Virus record (IMG/VR): IMGVR_UViG_3300037524_002016
Location: 18,530 to 82,529 of that record
Source of the DNA: a virus
Reading direction: 5' to 3' (one strand)
Length of the DNA: 64,000 nt
The position numbers and the translations under genes were made by a program. The notes beneath the pieces were generated by a model, which was given only the letters and a program-made list of their open reading frames with translations, was not told the origin of the DNA and made no database searches. Positions 63,548 through 64,000 of the stretch are shown here, one piece after another (position 1 is the first letter of the stretch; each line of letters opens with the position of its first letter).

Positions 63548-64000
63548 CTACTGTAAAAGATGCGACCTGGGATGCGACCTGGGATGCGACCTGGGATGCG
63601 ACCCGGGATGCGACCTGGGATGCGACCCGGGCTGCGACCTGGGCTGCGACCTGGGATGCGACCCGGGATGCGACCCGGGCTGCGACCCGGGATGCGACCT
63701 GGGATGCGACCCGGGCTGCGACCCGGGATGCGACCTGGGATGCGACCCGGGATGCGACCCGGGATGCGACCCGGGCTGCGACCTGGGCTGCGACCTGGGA
63801 TGCGACCTGGGCTGCGACCTGGGATGCGACCGGGGCTGCGACCCGGGATGCGACCCGGGATGCGACCCGGGCTGCGACCCGGGATGCGACCTGGGATGCG
63901 ACCCGGGATGCGACCTGGGATGCGACCTGGGATGCGACCCGGGATGCGACCTGGGATGCGACCCGGGCTGCGACCTGGGCTGCGACCTGGGATGCGACCG
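63544..64000 (+). CDS. [DA]AT[WR] tetrapeptide-repeat protein (3' partial)
   Basis: MTTVK then DATW/DATR/AATW/AATR repeats, open to the window end; GGAAGG upstream. Confidence 0.7.
   Translation, partial: MTTVKDATWDATWDATWDATRDATWDATRAATWAATWDATRDATRAATRDATWDATRAATRDATWDATRDATRDATRAATWAATWDATWAATWDATGAATRDATRDATRAATRDATWDATRDATWDATWDATRDATWDATRAATWAATWDAT
63559..64000 (+). repeat. 12-bp tandem repeat array G[A/C]TGCGACC[T/C]GG, about 37 units
   Basis: Read directly; only positions 2 and 10 of the unit vary (one GGG exception near 63832). Confidence 0.97.

Noticed and set aside
63559-64000. CRISPR array
   Set aside because: Contiguous 12-bp units without unique spacers, in frame within an ORF; no cas genes
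1-64000. tRNA or tmRNA genes, integrase, DNA-modification genes
   Set aside because: No cloverleaf or T-loop signature and no matching protein motifs found by eye; tRNAscan-SE or ARAGORN would be decisive

Overview
A 64-kb piece of a GC-rich, long-tailed (siphovirus-like) dsDNA phage genome with three blocks. (1) 1-16.3 kb, + strand, replication and recombination: primase-type ATPase (partial), SNF2 helicase, RHH regulator, a family-A DNA polymerase split into two genes around a small Cys-rich ORF, a DnaQ-like exonuclease, a class II ribonucleotide reductase with a LAGLIDADG intein, a PD-(D/E)XK nuclease and SbcD/SbcC. (2) 16.3-55.9 kb, - strand, virion morphogenesis: terminase, portal, S49 protease/scaffold, capsid, a block of accessory repeat proteins, neck, tail, a tape measure with two peptidoglycan-hydrolase domains, and the tail tip. 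(3) 56-64 kb, mostly + strand, small early-type genes, an AT-rich region with DnaA boxes and a 12-bp tandem-repeat gene running off the window. I found no integrase, tRNA or CRISPR array. The most unusual non-coding signals are: (a) a ~1.3-kb locus (56.6-57.9 kb) where a hairpin-rich leader with a boxB/boxA motif and a structured trailer are mutually complementary across a 199-aa ORF; (b) a compact pseudoknot plus kissing-loop RNA downstream of the capsid genes (47342-47424); (c) a shared CCAC-N3-GTGG operator in three promoters. All calls come from reading motifs by eye; no database search or folding program was run.
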